Origin: Anaeroplasma bactoclasticum
GTDB taxonomy: Bacteria > Bacillota_I > Bacilli_A > ML615J-28 > CAG-313
NCBI GenBank assembly: GCA_023667245.1
Contig: JAMPAL010000006.1
Span: 50 to 64,049, forward strand
DNA: 64,000 bases
Direction of reading: 5' to 3'
Positions 48,578 to 60,095 of the stretch are shown here, one piece after another. Numbering within the stretch: position 1 is the first letter of the stretch; every line of letters starts with the position of its first letter. Both the position numbers and the translations under genes were made by a program. The notes under the pieces were generated by a model. It saw only the letters and a program-made list of their open reading frames with translations. It made no database searches and was not told the DNA's origin.

Positions 48578-48946
48578 TTAACATGAAAATAAAGAACGAA
48601 GGATTTTTATCGCAACATCATAATGAAATATCCAGTTCAAAATAACCCCTATACCAAAGCTCACTACATTCAATATAGTCGCGTAAAACAATGATTTTTT
48701 ATATTGTTTCAAATAAAACCAATATCCAAAAAATTCAATCAAAATTATGGCTATTTCTAAAAATACAACTGTAACGATATATCCCCATGTACTTTGAAAA
48801 TCATAGTTAAGTAAAAAAGCATTTAAGCTTACGTTAGTACAAATATTCAGTGCTATCGAAAGCAAATATATTTTATAATCTTTTACGTTTAAAAAAGCAA
48901 GCACAACAATTTCTATTAAAATGGTCAGTATCAATGCCTCTAACAT
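48578..48946 (-). CDS. Hypothetical 4-TM membrane protein with intramembrane Glu/Asn residues
   Basis: LTILIE...NICTN...LEIAIILIE...NVVSF; overlaps the upstream gene. Confidence 0.75.
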   Translation of the reverse strand: MLEALILTILIEIVVLAFLNVKDYKIYLLSIALNICTNVSLNAFLLNYDFQSTWGYIVTVVFLEIAIILIEFFGYWFYLKQYKKSLFYATILNVVSFGIGVILNWIFHYDVAIKILRSLFSC

Positions 48947-49980
48947 ATTTTTCTTTTTCTCATCTTTCTATCTATCATTATAATAATAGCTATGGTTAAA
49001 CCAATACAAACAACGAGTAAAGGAGCAAATGGAAGTTTTAAATAGTGATACAAATCACCTAGCAAATAACCAGGAAATAACGTAAATGCAAGAATACCAA
49101 AACTAAGTCCTTCTCTTTGTTTCATATTTTGATTTGCTAAAAATAAAGTAATTGGCATCGTGGTATTAAATAATAGAGTAGATACTAAATACATCACTGC
49201 ATTTTCTCTAAAAAACAAATATCCTATCAAAGCAAGAGGAAGTGTCATCCAAACGGTTAACCCAATCCCCATTTTATCCGCAAGAATACCACCTATTATT
49301 TTACCTAATGTTGAAGCAATGCCAATGCCTACTAAAAGGAAAGTAGTTGGTTCAAATAATGGTGGAGCAGCTTTACCTATGATTGCCCGAATGGTTACAG
49401 CTAAACCAAGTATAAGCACGTCCCTTTTTTCTACTTTTGACCACTGTGGCATGGTATGTAGTTGAGGATAATCTTTATACTCATCTTTTAAAAACAAACA
49501 AAGTAATCCTAAAATGGTGGTTAGACTTACCAATAGGGGGAACAAAAAGGGAGTGTATATATAACTGCCAACAGCCAATCCGCTTGCCCCTAAAGCTACA
49601 AATAACCCTAAATAAGCAGATTTATCCTGGGATACATAAACGGTATATTTCCCACCTACTACATGAAACATTGAATTGGCTATGCCAATCAAAAATAGAC
49701 TGATCCAAGTGTATAATGGAATCACTGCACCCAAAAGTAATAAAACAAGTGAGGCATTCAGCCATAACTTTTCTTTGCCTAACGCATCTATCATCATCCC
49801 CAAGAAAGGCTGCGTCATAAAAGCAAGCGTATTATAAATGACAAAGACAAGAATAATCACTGTATAATTTTCTGTTACATACAAGCGATTAAAAATAGTA
49901 TATGCGCAAATGCCATCTACAAAAAAATGTAAAATAGATAACAAGTATACTTTCCATTTTAAAGTGTTCGAAACTATCAT
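48940..49980 (-). CDS. MFS-like membrane protein
   Basis: HFFVD, QPFLGMMID, FHVVGG, GGILADKMG; about 12 TM segments. Confidence 0.75.
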   Translation of the reverse strand: MIVSNTLKWKVYLLSILHFFVDGICAYTIFNRLYVTENYTVIILVFVIYNTLAFMTQPFLGMMIDALGKEKLWLNASLVLLLLGAVIPLYTWISLFLIGIANSMFHVVGGKYTVYVSQDKSAYLGLFVALGASGLAVGSYIYTPFLFPLLVSLTTILGLLCLFLKDEYKDYPQLHTMPQWSKVEKRDVLILGLAVTIRAIIGKAAPPLFEPTTFLLVGIGIASTLGKIIGGILADKMGIGLTVWMTLPLALIGYLFFRENAVMYLVSTLLFNTTMPITLFLANQNMKQREGLSFGILAFTLFPGYLLGDLYHYLKLPFAPLLVVCIGLTIAIIIMIDRKMRKRKIC

Positions 49981-49987
49981 GTATCAC

Positions 49988-50683
49988 CTATTTATTTTTT
50001 TGATAAACTAGGTAAATATAGCGATAATTGATTTCATGTTCGATTAGCCATTGATAATTGATTTCATCCTCTAATGAAATAAGGTGTTCTTCGGGAATTC
50101 CTGTTATTTCATATTCTTCTGGTGTAATAGGGATGTCTGCATATCCAACAAACGTATACCCTTCTACTGGTTCTAGACTAGGCAAGACATCAGCTATTTT
50201 ATCTCCATATTTTGCATCAAGAACACTCCACTGGTTTTGACCTGATGGTAAAATGGGTTGACAATATTCTATTTCAAAACTGATTTTCTCAGCATAACTT
50301 TCTAACTTGTCGGTTTGAATCAATATGGGATAAATTGACATATTGACATACACAGTAAATTCTATTCCTGGTCTAATTTTACCATCATTTTGCTGATCTA
50401 AATAAATATCCACATAATCATCAATATATAGGTCTTGATGTTTTCGAAATGATGGCTCAAACCATCCTATAAAAGTATATCCTTCTCGTTCAGGAATGTC
50501 ATACATTTTCATATTGATTCGTTGATATCGAGATAACCGTTCTGTTGTTTGAATCACAAACGCACCATTTTCATAGGTATAAATATCCACATTGTATTTT
50601 GGACGTGGACCACAAGATGCTACATCCAAATATAACGGAATACATAATAATATTATCCAAAATAATCTTAATTTGATTTTCAT
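49988..50683 (-). CDS. Secreted/lipoprotein with two InlB B-repeat-like units
   Basis: Signal peptide ending LDVASC-GPRP; PEREGYTFIGWF and EPVEGYTFVGY. Confidence 0.7.
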   Translation of the reverse strand: MKIKLRLFWIILLCIPLYLDVASCGPRPKYNVDIYTYENGAFVIQTTERLSRYQRINMKMYDIPEREGYTFIGWFEPSFRKHQDLYIDDYVDIYLDQQNDGKIRPGIEFTVYVNMSIYPILIQTDKLESYAEKISFEIEYCQPILPSGQNQWSVLDAKYGDKIADVLPSLEPVEGYTFVGYADIPITPEEYEITGIPEEHLISLEDEINYQWLIEHEINYRYIYLVYQKNK

Positions 50684-50700
50684 TGTTATCTCCTCCTGAT

Positions 50701-51492
50701 TTATTCAATCAATCCCAGTTGTTTTACAGCAAGATACAAGCCATCTTTTGAAGCATCTTCAGTCACAAAAGTGGCTTTTGATTTAGCAAGAGGACTAGCA
50801 TTTTTCATCGCTACACTAGTTCCCACTACACCAAACATCTCTACATCATTATCTCCATCACCAAAAGCATACATATTTTCTTTCTTATATCCTAGGCGCT
50901 GTTGGATTTCTAAAATTCCCTTTGCTTTTGAAACTCCTTTGGGAATGATGTCTGCTCCATAATTTCCCCACTTGATAATGGATAATTCTGGAAATCGTGG
51001 TATAAGAGCATCAATTTCATCATTTGTTGCAAATAGCCAAATTTGATATACCTTTTTGGATAAATCAAAGGGTTCGCCTTTTAAATCAATTACATTTGCT
51101 TTAACATAACTTGTAAAATTGTGATAACTTTTTTCAGTAAAAAAATTCATTTCAACTTCTTGTTGGGTAATCATCCCCATCGAATAATGATATTGATTTC
51201 CTATATCCAGTAATCTTCTGATACTATTCGCATCCATTCCTCCTTCATAAAGTAACGTTTGATTTAAATAAATTTCTTGTCCATTGGAAAGATTGAGCCC
51301 TTTGAAAAAGTGCAAATAATCATTCATTGTGCCAAGAGTTTGATGTGATCTTCCTGTAGACAAATAACAATCATAGTTTTCCTGCTTGGATAACTCTTCT
51401 AGCATATAAATAGTAGATGGCAACACTGACTTGGTTGTAGCATCAAATAAGGTTCCATCAATATCAAAAAACAAAGCAATTCGTTCTTTCAT
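50701..51492 (-). CDS. Cof-type HAD-IIB hydrolase
   Basis: FFDIDGTL, STGR, SKAKG, FGDGDNDVEM. Confidence 0.93.
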   Translation of the reverse strand: MKERIALFFDIDGTLFDATTKSVLPSTIYMLEELSKQENYDCYLSTGRSHQTLGTMNDYLHFFKGLNLSNGQEIYLNQTLLYEGGMDANSIRRLLDIGNQYHYSMGMITQQEVEMNFFTEKSYHNFTSYVKANVIDLKGEPFDLSKKVYQIWLFATNDEIDALIPRFPELSIIKWGNYGADIIPKGVSKAKGILEIQQRLGYKKENMYAFGDGDNDVEMFGVVGTSVAMKNASPLAKSKATFVTEDASKDGLYLAVKQLGLIE

Positions 51493-51656
51493 TATCTTCT
51501 CCTTTTAGATGGATTATATCACAAAATCATAAGGAGTTCAAGTAGGTTGGAAATTTTGTCATACGATATGTACTTCAAGTAGGTTGACTAATTTATCAAA
51601 ATGGGGTATAATACATATAATTGTTTTTAAACAAATTTTAAAGAAAGGAGATAGAC

Positions 51657-53363
51657 GTGAAAAAAACAACAACTACACCAAAAAATAACAAACGACTTTC
51701 AAACGATATCAAAGTGTACTCTTTAGGTGGCTTAGGCGTAGTCGGAATGAATATGTACGTAGTTGAATGCAATGATGAGATTTTAATTATGGATGCGGGC
51801 ATTTTGTTTGCGGATGACGATGTTCATGGTGTCAATTACATTATTCCTGATTTTTCTTACCTTGTCCAGCATCAAAAAAAGATTGTAGGCTTATTTATCA
51901 CACATGGACATGAAGACCATATTGGTGCCATTCCCTTTTTGTTAAAACAAGTCAATATTCCTGCTATTTATGCTAACGGCATTGCGATTGGTTTTATTAA
52001 AAGTAAGATGAATGAGTTTTTAGATATTCAATATGAGTTGGTTCCTTTCCATAGTGATTCTATTTTCAAGTTTAAAAACTTTGAAGTATCCTTTTTTAGA
52101 ACTAACCATAGTATTCCTGATTCTCATGGTATAGCCATCAAAACAAGACTGGGTTATATCGTCAATACAGGTGACTTTAAATTTGATTTTAATCCCATAG
52201 GTGAAAAACCCGATTATTATAAAATGACTGCTCTTGGAAAAAAAGGCGTTTTATGCTTATTATCTGATAGTACGAATGCGGATGTGCCTCAATTTTCATC
52301 AAGTGAAAAAAAGATTGGTGAAACATTGATGAATCTATTTAGTCATATTGAAGGACGAATCATTGTGGCTGCATTTGCATCGAATGTCTTCCGCGTTCAG
52401 CAAATTATCAATGCTAGTATTGAATCTGGTCGAAAGGTAATTGTATTTGGACATAGTATGGAAAAGACTATTGAAATTGCAAGTAAACTCAAGTACATTA
52501 CTTATCCAAAGGGTTGGGTATTGAATTCAAGAGAACTCAAGAAACAAAATACAGATTTTATTACGATTCTATGTACGGGATCGCAAGGTGAACCAATGGC
52601 TGCTCTTTCCCGAATTGCCAACGGAACACATAAACAAATTAAACTTCTTCCTAATGACACCGTGATTTATTCTAGTAAAGCCATACCTGGTAATGAAATC
52701 TTTATTAATCGCAATATCAATAAATTGGTACATGCCGGAGCGGATGTCATTCAAAATAGTCCACTCACTGATACCCATACGACTGGTCATGCTTCACAAA
52801 ACGAAATCCGAATGATGCTTTCTTTTATGCAACCTCAATATTTTATGCCTGTACATGGTGAGTATTTGATGTTGAAAGAACATGCTAGAATCGCAACAGA
52901 ACTAGGTATTCCAAAAGAGAATTGTTTTGTTTTGGACACTGGTGATGTATTATCCATCAATGAAAAGCGTGCCAAGGTTATCAAACGTGCCATTCCCGCA
53001 TCAGAAGTATATCTAGACGCATCACTCAGTGATGTCAATAGTAACATCTTAAAAGAACGCAAAAAAATGGCTGATGAGGGGTTACTCAGCATTACATTTA
53101 CCTTAACCAAATCCAAACGACTAATGGGGATGCCTGTTGTCCGTTCTTCTGGATTTGCAGACTTCACATCACTCAAAAGTCTAGAAAATAGTATTCGCCA
53201 AAAATCGAATGATATTTTTATGGCATTACTCAAAACACACAAAAATATTCATACGCAATCATTTGAAAAGCAGTTCATCAATCAACTTGGTCAATTTATT
53301 TATCAAAAAATTGATCGTCGTCCATTGATTGTTCCCATTATCAACACTATTGCAAAAGATTAA
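51657..53363 (+). CDS. rnj: Ribonuclease J
   Basis: LGGLGVVGMN, THGHEDHIG, HSIPD, TGSQGEPMAAL, PVHGE. Confidence 0.96.
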   Translation: MKKTTTTPKNNKRLSNDIKVYSLGGLGVVGMNMYVVECNDEILIMDAGILFADDDVHGVNYIIPDFSYLVQHQKKIVGLFITHGHEDHIGAIPFLLKQVNIPAIYANGIAIGFIKSKMNEFLDIQYELVPFHSDSIFKFKNFEVSFFRTNHSIPDSHGIAIKTRLGYIVNTGDFKFDFNPIGEKPDYYKMTALGKKGVLCLLSDSTNADVPQFSSSEKKIGETLMNLFSHIEGRIIVAAFASNVFRVQQIINASIESGRKVIVFGHSMEKTIEIASKLKYITYPKGWVLNSRELKKQNTDFITILCTGSQGEPMAALSRIANGTHKQIKLLPNDTVIYSSKAIPGNEIFINRNINKLVHAGADVIQNSPLTDTHTTGHASQNEIRMMLSFMQPQYFMPVHGEYLMLKEHARIATELGIPKENCFVLDTGDVLSINEKRAKVIKRAIPASEVYLDASLSDVNSNILKERKKMADEGLLSITFTLTKSKRLMGMPVVRSSGFADFTSLKSLENSIRQKSNDIFMALLKTHKNIHTQSFEKQFINQLGQFIYQKIDRRPLIVPIINTIAKD

Positions 53364-53384
53364 AAAAAGGCCTTTTTGGCCTTT

Positions 53385-53570
53385 TTAATTTTGACTTTGA
53401 CAAGTGCAGCTATCTTCTTGCAAAGTCTTTTTGCATTTTTGGAGCATTTGGTCCATTGTGTCACTTACATTTTTCACAAGTTTGTCAATTTTACTCTTGT
53501 TTGAAGCAACGAGCCAAACCCCTAAAACCGTCATCGCTCCAGCTGCGAATGGAACTACTGATGATTTCAT
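53385..53570 (-). CDS. Small membrane-associated protein (YrzQ-like?)
   Basis: RBS GAGGTG, hydrophobic N-terminus and amphipathic helix; lies downstream of recD2. Confidence 0.6.
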   Translation of the reverse strand: MKSSVVPFAAGAMTVLGVWLVASNKSKIDKLVKNVSDTMDQMLQKCKKTLQEDSCTCQSQN

Positions 53571-53740
53571 ATTGTCACCTCTTTGACTAAAGTAGCATAA
53601 ATCGATTTTATCTGTCTATTTAATAGTTCTAAACACAGTGAATATTATATGTTCTCCTAATAAAACTCAAGATACTTTCTTTATGCAATATTAGTATAAG
53701 AAAGATTGATATTTTCATACTTTATAATTTTTACCATTTT

Positions 53741-56092
53741 TTAAAACAGATTGAAATCATCTAACTGCAATTCATCTACAACTGCACCTAGTTCATCATC
53801 CTCTTCTTCTTTGTCAATTTGAGGAGATAATATCGTTTGTACACCTGTATCTTCCTTTTGTTTTACATATGCAATCAATTGATCTTTTAAAATGGTTTTT
53901 CTAGCATTTTCAATTTTACGGATGCCCATTTGCATAGACTTAATATCTCCGATTAACACAAGTGTTTTTTTTGCTCTTGTTACTGCGGTATAAATCAATT
54001 TTCTTCTTAACATAATATAATGTTGAGAAGTCATTGGCATAACCACAACATCAAATTCTCCCCCTTGTGCTTTATGGATACTAATAGCGTAGGCCAAGCT
54101 CAAATCTTCTAATTCCTCAAGCTGGTATTCCACAATGGTTTGATCAAATGTCACCTCAAGCCCACATATTTTTAAGTTTTTATATTTGAAATGACTGATG
54201 TAACCCACATCGCCATTCATAATCCCTTTTTCAGCCCGATTGACCAATTGAATGACTTTGTCATTTAATCTAAAAACCGATCCATAATGCTTTACTTCTT
54301 CTGTATCTTCTGTTTTTGGATTAAGGATATCTTGAATTCTAGCATTGATAGCATTGATGCCCACATCGCCGCGATACATCGGTATCAACACTTGAATATC
54401 TTTTTTCATATCGTATCCTTTGGCGACAAAGCGTCTTACAATATCTACCAATAATAATGGTAAATGTTCGTTATCAGTTTGAATAAAGGTGCGATCATTC
54501 ATCTTTTCTAAAATAGTTTCGGGAAGTTGACCTTCATTGATATGGTGGGCGAGTTTAATGATATTGGAATCTTCTGCTTGACGATGAATTTTAGTCAATC
54601 GTATTGTTTTAATCTCTTTAGAATCAATCAAATCCTTCAATACTTGCCCAGGTCCTACACTTGGCAATTGATCCACATCTCCTACAATAATTAACCTTGC
54701 ATCTGGTTGCATTGACGTAACCAATTGAGATGCCAGTGGTAAATCCATCATCGAGGCTTCATCCACAATAATCAATTTTGCGTCTGTTTTATTGTATTTA
54801 TTATATGTAAACACATTGGTTCCCATATATCCTAAAAAACGATGAATGGTCATTGCTTGCATATTGGTAGATTCTTTCATCCGCTTTGCGGCTTTACCAG
54901 TTGGTGCAAGTAAGGCAATGTAATCAATTAAATGCGGATTATCCTGATTCAGTTTAAAATACATTTCTAGAATGGCTTTAATGATGGTTGTTTTTCCTGT
55001 ACCTGGACCTCCTGTAATGATGACAACTGGTTCTGTAAAAGCACTCAAGATAGCTTGTTCTTGTTCACTGCTATATTCGATATGAGCATGTTGTTTAATG
55101 ACTTGATACTGTTGTTCAATTTCATCCATAGCATAAGTTTGTGGTAAATTTGTAGTAGAACGAGTTCCTTTGAGCATATGGGCAAGTTCCTTAGCGAGTT
55201 CTACTTCTTGGCGATACATTTTATAATCAAAAATGTTTTCATCTTGATCTATATATATTTTTTTGTCTTCTACTAAATCGTGTAATACTTCCACATATAC
55301 TTTTCCATCTATATCTTTCCCTAAATATTTGGTAGTATAACTATATAACTCAGTTCTAGTAATATAACTATTGCCAACATTATACAAGGCATCTTTTAAT
55401 ACATAGGTAATGAGTGCTTTCAGTCTAATTACGCCATTTTCAGCTATGCCCATACTTAGAGCAAACGCATCATTCTTTTTAAAGCCAAAATGATCAATCT
55501 TTTCCATCAAAATATATGGATTTTCTGTCACAATTTGTTTGGCCATATCACCAAATAACGCAATAATTTTATGTGCAGTATCCATAGTGATACCGTGGTT
55601 CAAAAAAAAGACTACATTTTCTTGATGTTGTTGATCACTCACAATCCCACTTTGAATCACTGCTTTTTGTTTTTCTGTGATGGTTACCTTATCTAGTGCA
55701 TGTAGATCTTCTTTGATTTGAACCAAACAATCTTTCCCTAGTACCTCGACAATTTGTTTGGCGACTTTAGGACCAATGCCTGGAAAAATGGAACTCGTCA
55801 AATAGCTTATAATGCCTTCGACATTGCGAATCGTTTTGCGTTTGAATGCGGAAAATTGAAATTGAAGTCCATAGTTTTTATCTCGAACCAATTCACCATC
55901 AAAGCTATATTCTTCGTGTTCACTTGGCTTTCTATCAAAAAAGCCAACCACAGGAATAGTATTTCCCACGATTTTGGCTTTCTTCATTGCAATATTTTTG
56001 TCTTTATAATCGAGTTCTAAAATGGCAACCGTATAGCCATTATCTTGATTGTAATAATTGATTCTTTGTAATACCCCACTAATGGTTTCCAT
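53741..56092 (-). CDS. recD2: RecD2-like ATP-dependent DNA helicase
   Basis: PGIGPK HhH, GGPGTGKTT, VDEASM, GDVDQLPSVGPG, SIHKAQG, YTAVTRAK. Confidence 0.95.
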   Translation of the reverse strand: METISGVLQRINYYNQDNGYTVAILELDYKDKNIAMKKAKIVGNTIPVVGFFDRKPSEHEEYSFDGELVRDKNYGLQFQFSAFKRKTIRNVEGIISYLTSSIFPGIGPKVAKQIVEVLGKDCLVQIKEDLHALDKVTITEKQKAVIQSGIVSDQQHQENVVFFLNHGITMDTAHKIIALFGDMAKQIVTENPYILMEKIDHFGFKKNDAFALSMGIAENGVIRLKALITYVLKDALYNVGNSYITRTELYSYTTKYLGKDIDGKVYVEVLHDLVEDKKIYIDQDENIFDYKMYRQEVELAKELAHMLKGTRSTTNLPQTYAMDEIEQQYQVIKQHAHIEYSSEQEQAILSAFTEPVVIITGGPGTGKTTIIKAILEMYFKLNQDNPHLIDYIALLAPTGKAAKRMKESTNMQAMTIHRFLGYMGTNVFTYNKYNKTDAKLIIVDEASMMDLPLASQLVTSMQPDARLIIVGDVDQLPSVGPGQVLKDLIDSKEIKTIRLTKIHRQAEDSNIIKLAHHINEGQLPETILEKMNDRTFIQTDNEHLPLLLVDIVRRFVAKGYDMKKDIQVLIPMYRGDVGINAINARIQDILNPKTEDTEEVKHYGSVFRLNDKVIQLVNRAEKGIMNGDVGYISHFKYKNLKICGLEVTFDQTIVEYQLEELEDLSLAYAISIHKAQGGEFDVVVMPMTSQHYIMLRRKLIYTAVTRAKKTLVLIGDIKSMQMGIRKIENARKTILKDQLIAYVKQKEDTGVQTILSPQIDKEEEDDELGAVVDELQLDDFNLF

Positions 56093-56112
56093 TTTATCAC
56101 CCTTTTTTCATT

Positions 56113-57240
56113 TTAATATTTTCTAACTACATCATCCATATACACTTGATCGATAGTGCCTCCACCTAGACAATATTCGCCATCATAAAAGACACATGCT
56201 TGTCCTGGCGTAATGGCTTTGACTGGACGATCGCATCTTACTTCTACTGAACCATTCGCTAAAAGATGAATGGTAATTCCTTCATCTGGTTGACGATATC
56301 TGAATTTTGCTGTAATATGCAGTCCATCTTCAAGGGTACCATTGATGATATTGACATTGGTTAAAATAGCCCGGTTCGCATATAACAATTCGGTATCCGC
56401 TCCTTGACCTACAATCAATTGGTTCTTTTTGGTATCTTTTCCACAGACAAACCAAGCATCTCCAGGTCCACCGATGTGAAGTCCTCTTCTTTGACCAATG
56501 GTATAATACATTACCCCATCATGTTGCCCTAATACCTTTCCATCAGTAGAAACAATATCCCCTGGATTAGCAGGTATATAGTTCATTAAAAATTCTTTGA
56601 AATTCCTTTCACCAATAAAACATACTCCTGTTGAGTCTTTTTTGTCCGCAACGACTAAGTCATATGCTTTAGCTAGAGCACGCACATCTGGTTTTAGCAT
56701 ATCACCAATAGGAAAAAATGCTTGAGCAAGTTGTTCGCTTGTAAGTTGAGAAAGGAAATAAGATTGGTCTTTATTGGCATCAGTACCTCTTAATAAATAG
56801 TGTTTTCCATCTTGATGTAGGACTCTAGCATAGTGTCCCATAGCAATATAATCAGCACCTAAAGCCTTGGCTTTATCCAAAAAGGACTTAAATTTAATCT
56901 CTTTATTGCATAAAATATCCGGATTAGGTGTCCGATTTTTTTTATATTCTTCTAAAAAATAGGCAAATACAGCATTCCAATATTCCTCAATAAAGTCTAC
57001 CCGGTGCAATTTTATGCCCAATTGCTCAGCTACTTTTTGCGCATCTTGATAATCTTTTTCTTGAGGACAAACGTCCTCCATCAAATCAGGATTACCTAAA
57101 ATATCGTTATTGACTGCTGAATCCCAGTTGCGCATAAACATCGCTTCTACATCATATCCTTGTTCTTTCAAGCGAATTAACGCAACGCTGCTATCTACAC
57201 CCCCAGATAAACCGACCATAATTTTGGGTTTTTGGTTCAT
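56113..57240 (-). CDS. mnmA: tRNA 2-thiouridylase MnmA
   Basis: [27 protein letters not shown]. Confidence 0.97.
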   Translation of the reverse strand: MNQKPKIMVGLSGGVDSSVALIRLKEQGYDVEAMFMRNWDSAVNNDILGNPDLMEDVCPQEKDYQDAQKVAEQLGIKLHRVDFIEEYWNAVFAYFLEEYKKNRTPNPDILCNKEIKFKSFLDKAKALGADYIAMGHYARVLHQDGKHYLLRGTDANKDQSYFLSQLTSEQLAQAFFPIGDMLKPDVRALAKAYDLVVADKKDSTGVCFIGERNFKEFLMNYIPANPGDIVSTDGKVLGQHDGVMYYTIGQRRGLHIGGPGDAWFVCGKDTKKNQLIVGQGADTELLYANRAILTNVNIINGTLEDGLHITAKFRYRQPDEGITIHLLANGSVEVRCDRPVKAITPGQACVFYDGEYCLGGGTIDQVYMDDVVRKY

Positions 57241-59225
57241 GATTTTCCTCCTGATTTTAACTCGAAAATAATATCTCGAAGCGTCATTGCCTCTTCAAAT
57301 TGAAGCGCTTTGGCAGCTTCCTTCATTTGCTTTTCTAAATTTTCAAGCAGTTTTCTTTGTTCAATTTTGCTTAATTTTTGATAACTTTCAACGGTAATGG
57401 TGGTATTGATATTTTCATTTTGATCTAATTCCTCATTACCAATCATATCGCCAATTTCTTTTTGAATGGTCTTTGGTGTAATATGATGTTCTTCATTATA
57501 CGCTTCTTGGATATGCCTTCTTCTCGCAGTTTCTTCCATTGCGCCTTGCATCGAATCGGTCATATGATCGGCATATAGGATTACTCGACCACTAGCATTA
57601 CGGGCAGCGCGTCCAATGGTTTGGATGAGCGATCTTTCACTTCTTAAAAATCCTTCTTTATCTGCATCTAAAATACAAATCAAACTGACCTCTGGAATAT
57701 CTAGTCCTTCTCTTAATAAATTGATGCCTACTAAAACATCATAGAACCCTTTTCTTAATTTTCGAATGACTTCTAATCTTTCCAATGCTTTGATCTCTGA
57801 GTGTAAATAAGCTACCTTAATTCCATTTTCTTTTAAATAAGCGGTTAAATCTTCACTCATTTTAATAGTCAGTGTAGTAATCAATGTTCTTTCATTCTTC
57901 GCTATTTGTTGTTTGATATCGGCCATGATTTTATCAATTTGATTTTTAGTAGGTCTCACTTCTACAAGCGGGTCTAGTAACCCTGTTGGACGAATGATTT
58001 GTTCCACAATTTCAAAACTTCTCGATAGTTCATAATCTCCTGGCGTTGCGGAAACATAAATCACTTGGTCTACTTTTTGTTCAAATTCTGTAAAGTTTAA
58101 TGGTCGATTATCCAGTGCTGAAGGAAGTCTAAAGCCATATTCTACAAGGGTTTTCTTTCTACTTTGGTCACCATTGTACATTCCTCTTACTTGAGGGATA
58201 GTCACATGAGATTCATCAATGACCATCAAATAATCTCCCCCAAAGAAGTCTAATAAAACCGATGGGGTTTCTCCTGCTTCTCTTAGAGAAAGATGTCTTG
58301 AATAGTTTTCAACACCACTACAACTACCAATTTCTTTCAGCATTTCGATATCATATTTGGTTCGTTGTTCAATTCGTTCTGCTTCTAATAATTGGCCTCT
58401 TTCATTAAAGTAATCGATTCTTTCGGTGAGTTCACTCTCAATTCTGCTGATGGCTTCCTCTTTTTTTTCATCACTTAGTACAAAGTGAGTAGCTGGAAAA
58501 ATAGAAACAGTATCCATTAATTTTAATACTTTCCCAGTAGTCGTGTCAAATATAGCAATTCGTTCAATTTCATCATCAAAGAAACTGATTCGAATACCTT
58601 GATCATGTTCTGAAACAGGGAGGATATCTACATTATCACCTTTTACTCTAAAACTACCTCGATCAAATTCAATATTGTTACGTACAAATTGCATAGAAAC
58701 TAGTTTTTCAAGTAGGTCTTCCCGCTTTAAATGCTGTGCTTTTCGTAACACCAACATTGAATTTTCATAGTCATCTGGATCCCCAATACCATAAATGCAA
58801 GACACAGATGCTACAATAATGGTATCTCTTCTTTCTAATATACTCGCTGTTGCAGCATGTCTCATTTGGTCAATTTCATCATTAATGCTAGAATCTTTTT
58901 CAATATACATGTCCTTACTTGGAACATATGCTTCTGGTTGATAATAATCATAATATGAAATAAAATATTCTACTCTGTTTTCTGGAAAAAATTTCTTTAA
59001 TTCTGCATACAATTGTCCCGCAAGTGTTTTATTGTGTGCAAGGACTAAAGTAGGCTTATTGACATTGGCAATGACATTGGCAATGGTAAATGTCTTCCCT
59101 GTTCCTGTTGCACCTAAAAGCGTTTGTTCTTTAATTCCCATTTCAACATTTTCTGTCAAATGGCGAATGGCCTCAATCTGATCTCCCATTGGTTGATAGG
59201 GAGCAACTAATTTAAACTTATCCAT
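57237..59225 (-). CDS. uvrB: Excinuclease ABC subunit B
   Basis: [35 protein letters not shown] tail. Confidence 0.98.
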   Translation of the reverse strand: MDKFKLVAPYQPMGDQIEAIRHLTENVEMGIKEQTLLGATGTGKTFTIANVIANVNKPTLVLAHNKTLAGQLYAELKKFFPENRVEYFISYYDYYQPEAYVPSKDMYIEKDSSINDEIDQMRHAATASILERRDTIIVASVSCIYGIGDPDDYENSMLVLRKAQHLKREDLLEKLVSMQFVRNNIEFDRGSFRVKGDNVDILPVSEHDQGIRISFFDDEIERIAIFDTTTGKVLKLMDTVSIFPATHFVLSDEKKEEAISRIESELTERIDYFNERGQLLEAERIEQRTKYDIEMLKEIGSCSGVENYSRHLSLREAGETPSVLLDFFGGDYLMVIDESHVTIPQVRGMYNGDQSRKKTLVEYGFRLPSALDNRPLNFTEFEQKVDQVIYVSATPGDYELSRSFEIVEQIIRPTGLLDPLVEVRPTKNQIDKIMADIKQQIAKNERTLITTLTIKMSEDLTAYLKENGIKVAYLHSEIKALERLEVIRKLRKGFYDVLVGINLLREGLDIPEVSLICILDADKEGFLRSERSLIQTIGRAARNASGRVILYADHMTDSMQGAMEETARRRHIQEAYNEEHHITPKTIQKEIGDMIGNEELDQNENINTTITVESYQKLSKIEQRKLLENLEKQMKEAAKALQFEEAMTLRDIIFELKSGGKS

Positions 59226-59226
59226 C

Positions 59227-60084
59227 TTATTTTCTCATATATACTACATTTTTAGGATTTTTCAAATCGTATAAAATGTTAATATATTGTTCTTGCGTTT
59301 CGGTATACATAAAAGAATTTAGATTTGCTTTCACAAGTTCTCCCTTATTATTGTAAAATTCAATTTCCATCAATGATTCTTTATTGCCTTTGGCATCTTT
59401 TGTCCGACCAAACTTAAATGTCTTTACTTCTGCCATGCATTTTACTCCATATAACTTCAAATAATTTTGATTTTGTTCCTTTGAAGCTGTAGTTAATCTT
59501 TCAAAAAGATAAGGTAATGTTGTCAAATACATCAAAAAAGGTAACATATACACTAAAGCACTAGAAAAACTGGTACAACTCATTAGATTCTCAGCACTTG
59601 TATTGGAATCATTAAAAATATAAAAACCACCTGTTGCCACAATTAAACTGGTAAACCAAGCTGTCATTGCTATTCCCACTACTGCAAGAAGAGCATCTGT
59701 TACAATCGGACCTGCTTGCATTTTGATTTTTCGACCTTCTAAATAGGTAGGAAAACAAGTCACTCGTTTGACATCATCTACTTTTGGATAATAAATATCT
59801 ACTTCTTGATCTACATAATATTGATCAGCAAATTCTTTTTCTGTAAATTCAAAATAATCGACAAACTTTACATAATTACTAGGTGAAATATATTCCACCT
59901 TGACATATACTCGTTTTTTTTCATGGATCACTTCTGTTACTTTTGCCTTCACTGTATTGTAAGATTCCTTCATTCCTTTATTGACCCGAATCGCTCGAAT
60001 CAAATTGATAATGAAGCATACAATATATGCAAACATAAACAGAACAATAAAAATATAATATAATACACTTAAAAATACGCCCAC
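59227..60084 (-). CDS. Hypothetical membrane protein with two TM+beta (DUF3592-like) units
   Basis: Repeated TM / A.V / V.Y / I.Y.(P)K pattern. Confidence 0.6.
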   Translation of the reverse strand: MGVFLSVLYYIFIVLFMFAYIVCFIINLIRAIRVNKGMKESYNTVKAKVTEVIHEKKRVYVKVEYISPSNYVKFVDYFEFTEKEFADQYYVDQEVDIYYPKVDDVKRVTCFPTYLEGRKIKMQAGPIVTDALLAVVGIAMTAWFTSLIVATGGFYIFNDSNTSAENLMSCTSFSSALVYMLPFLMYLTTLPYLFERLTTASKEQNQNYLKLYGVKCMAEVKTFKFGRTKDAKGNKESLMEIEFYNNKGELVKANLNSFMYTETQEQYINILYDLKNPKNVVYMRK

Positions 60085-60095
60085 TTTAAAACCTC

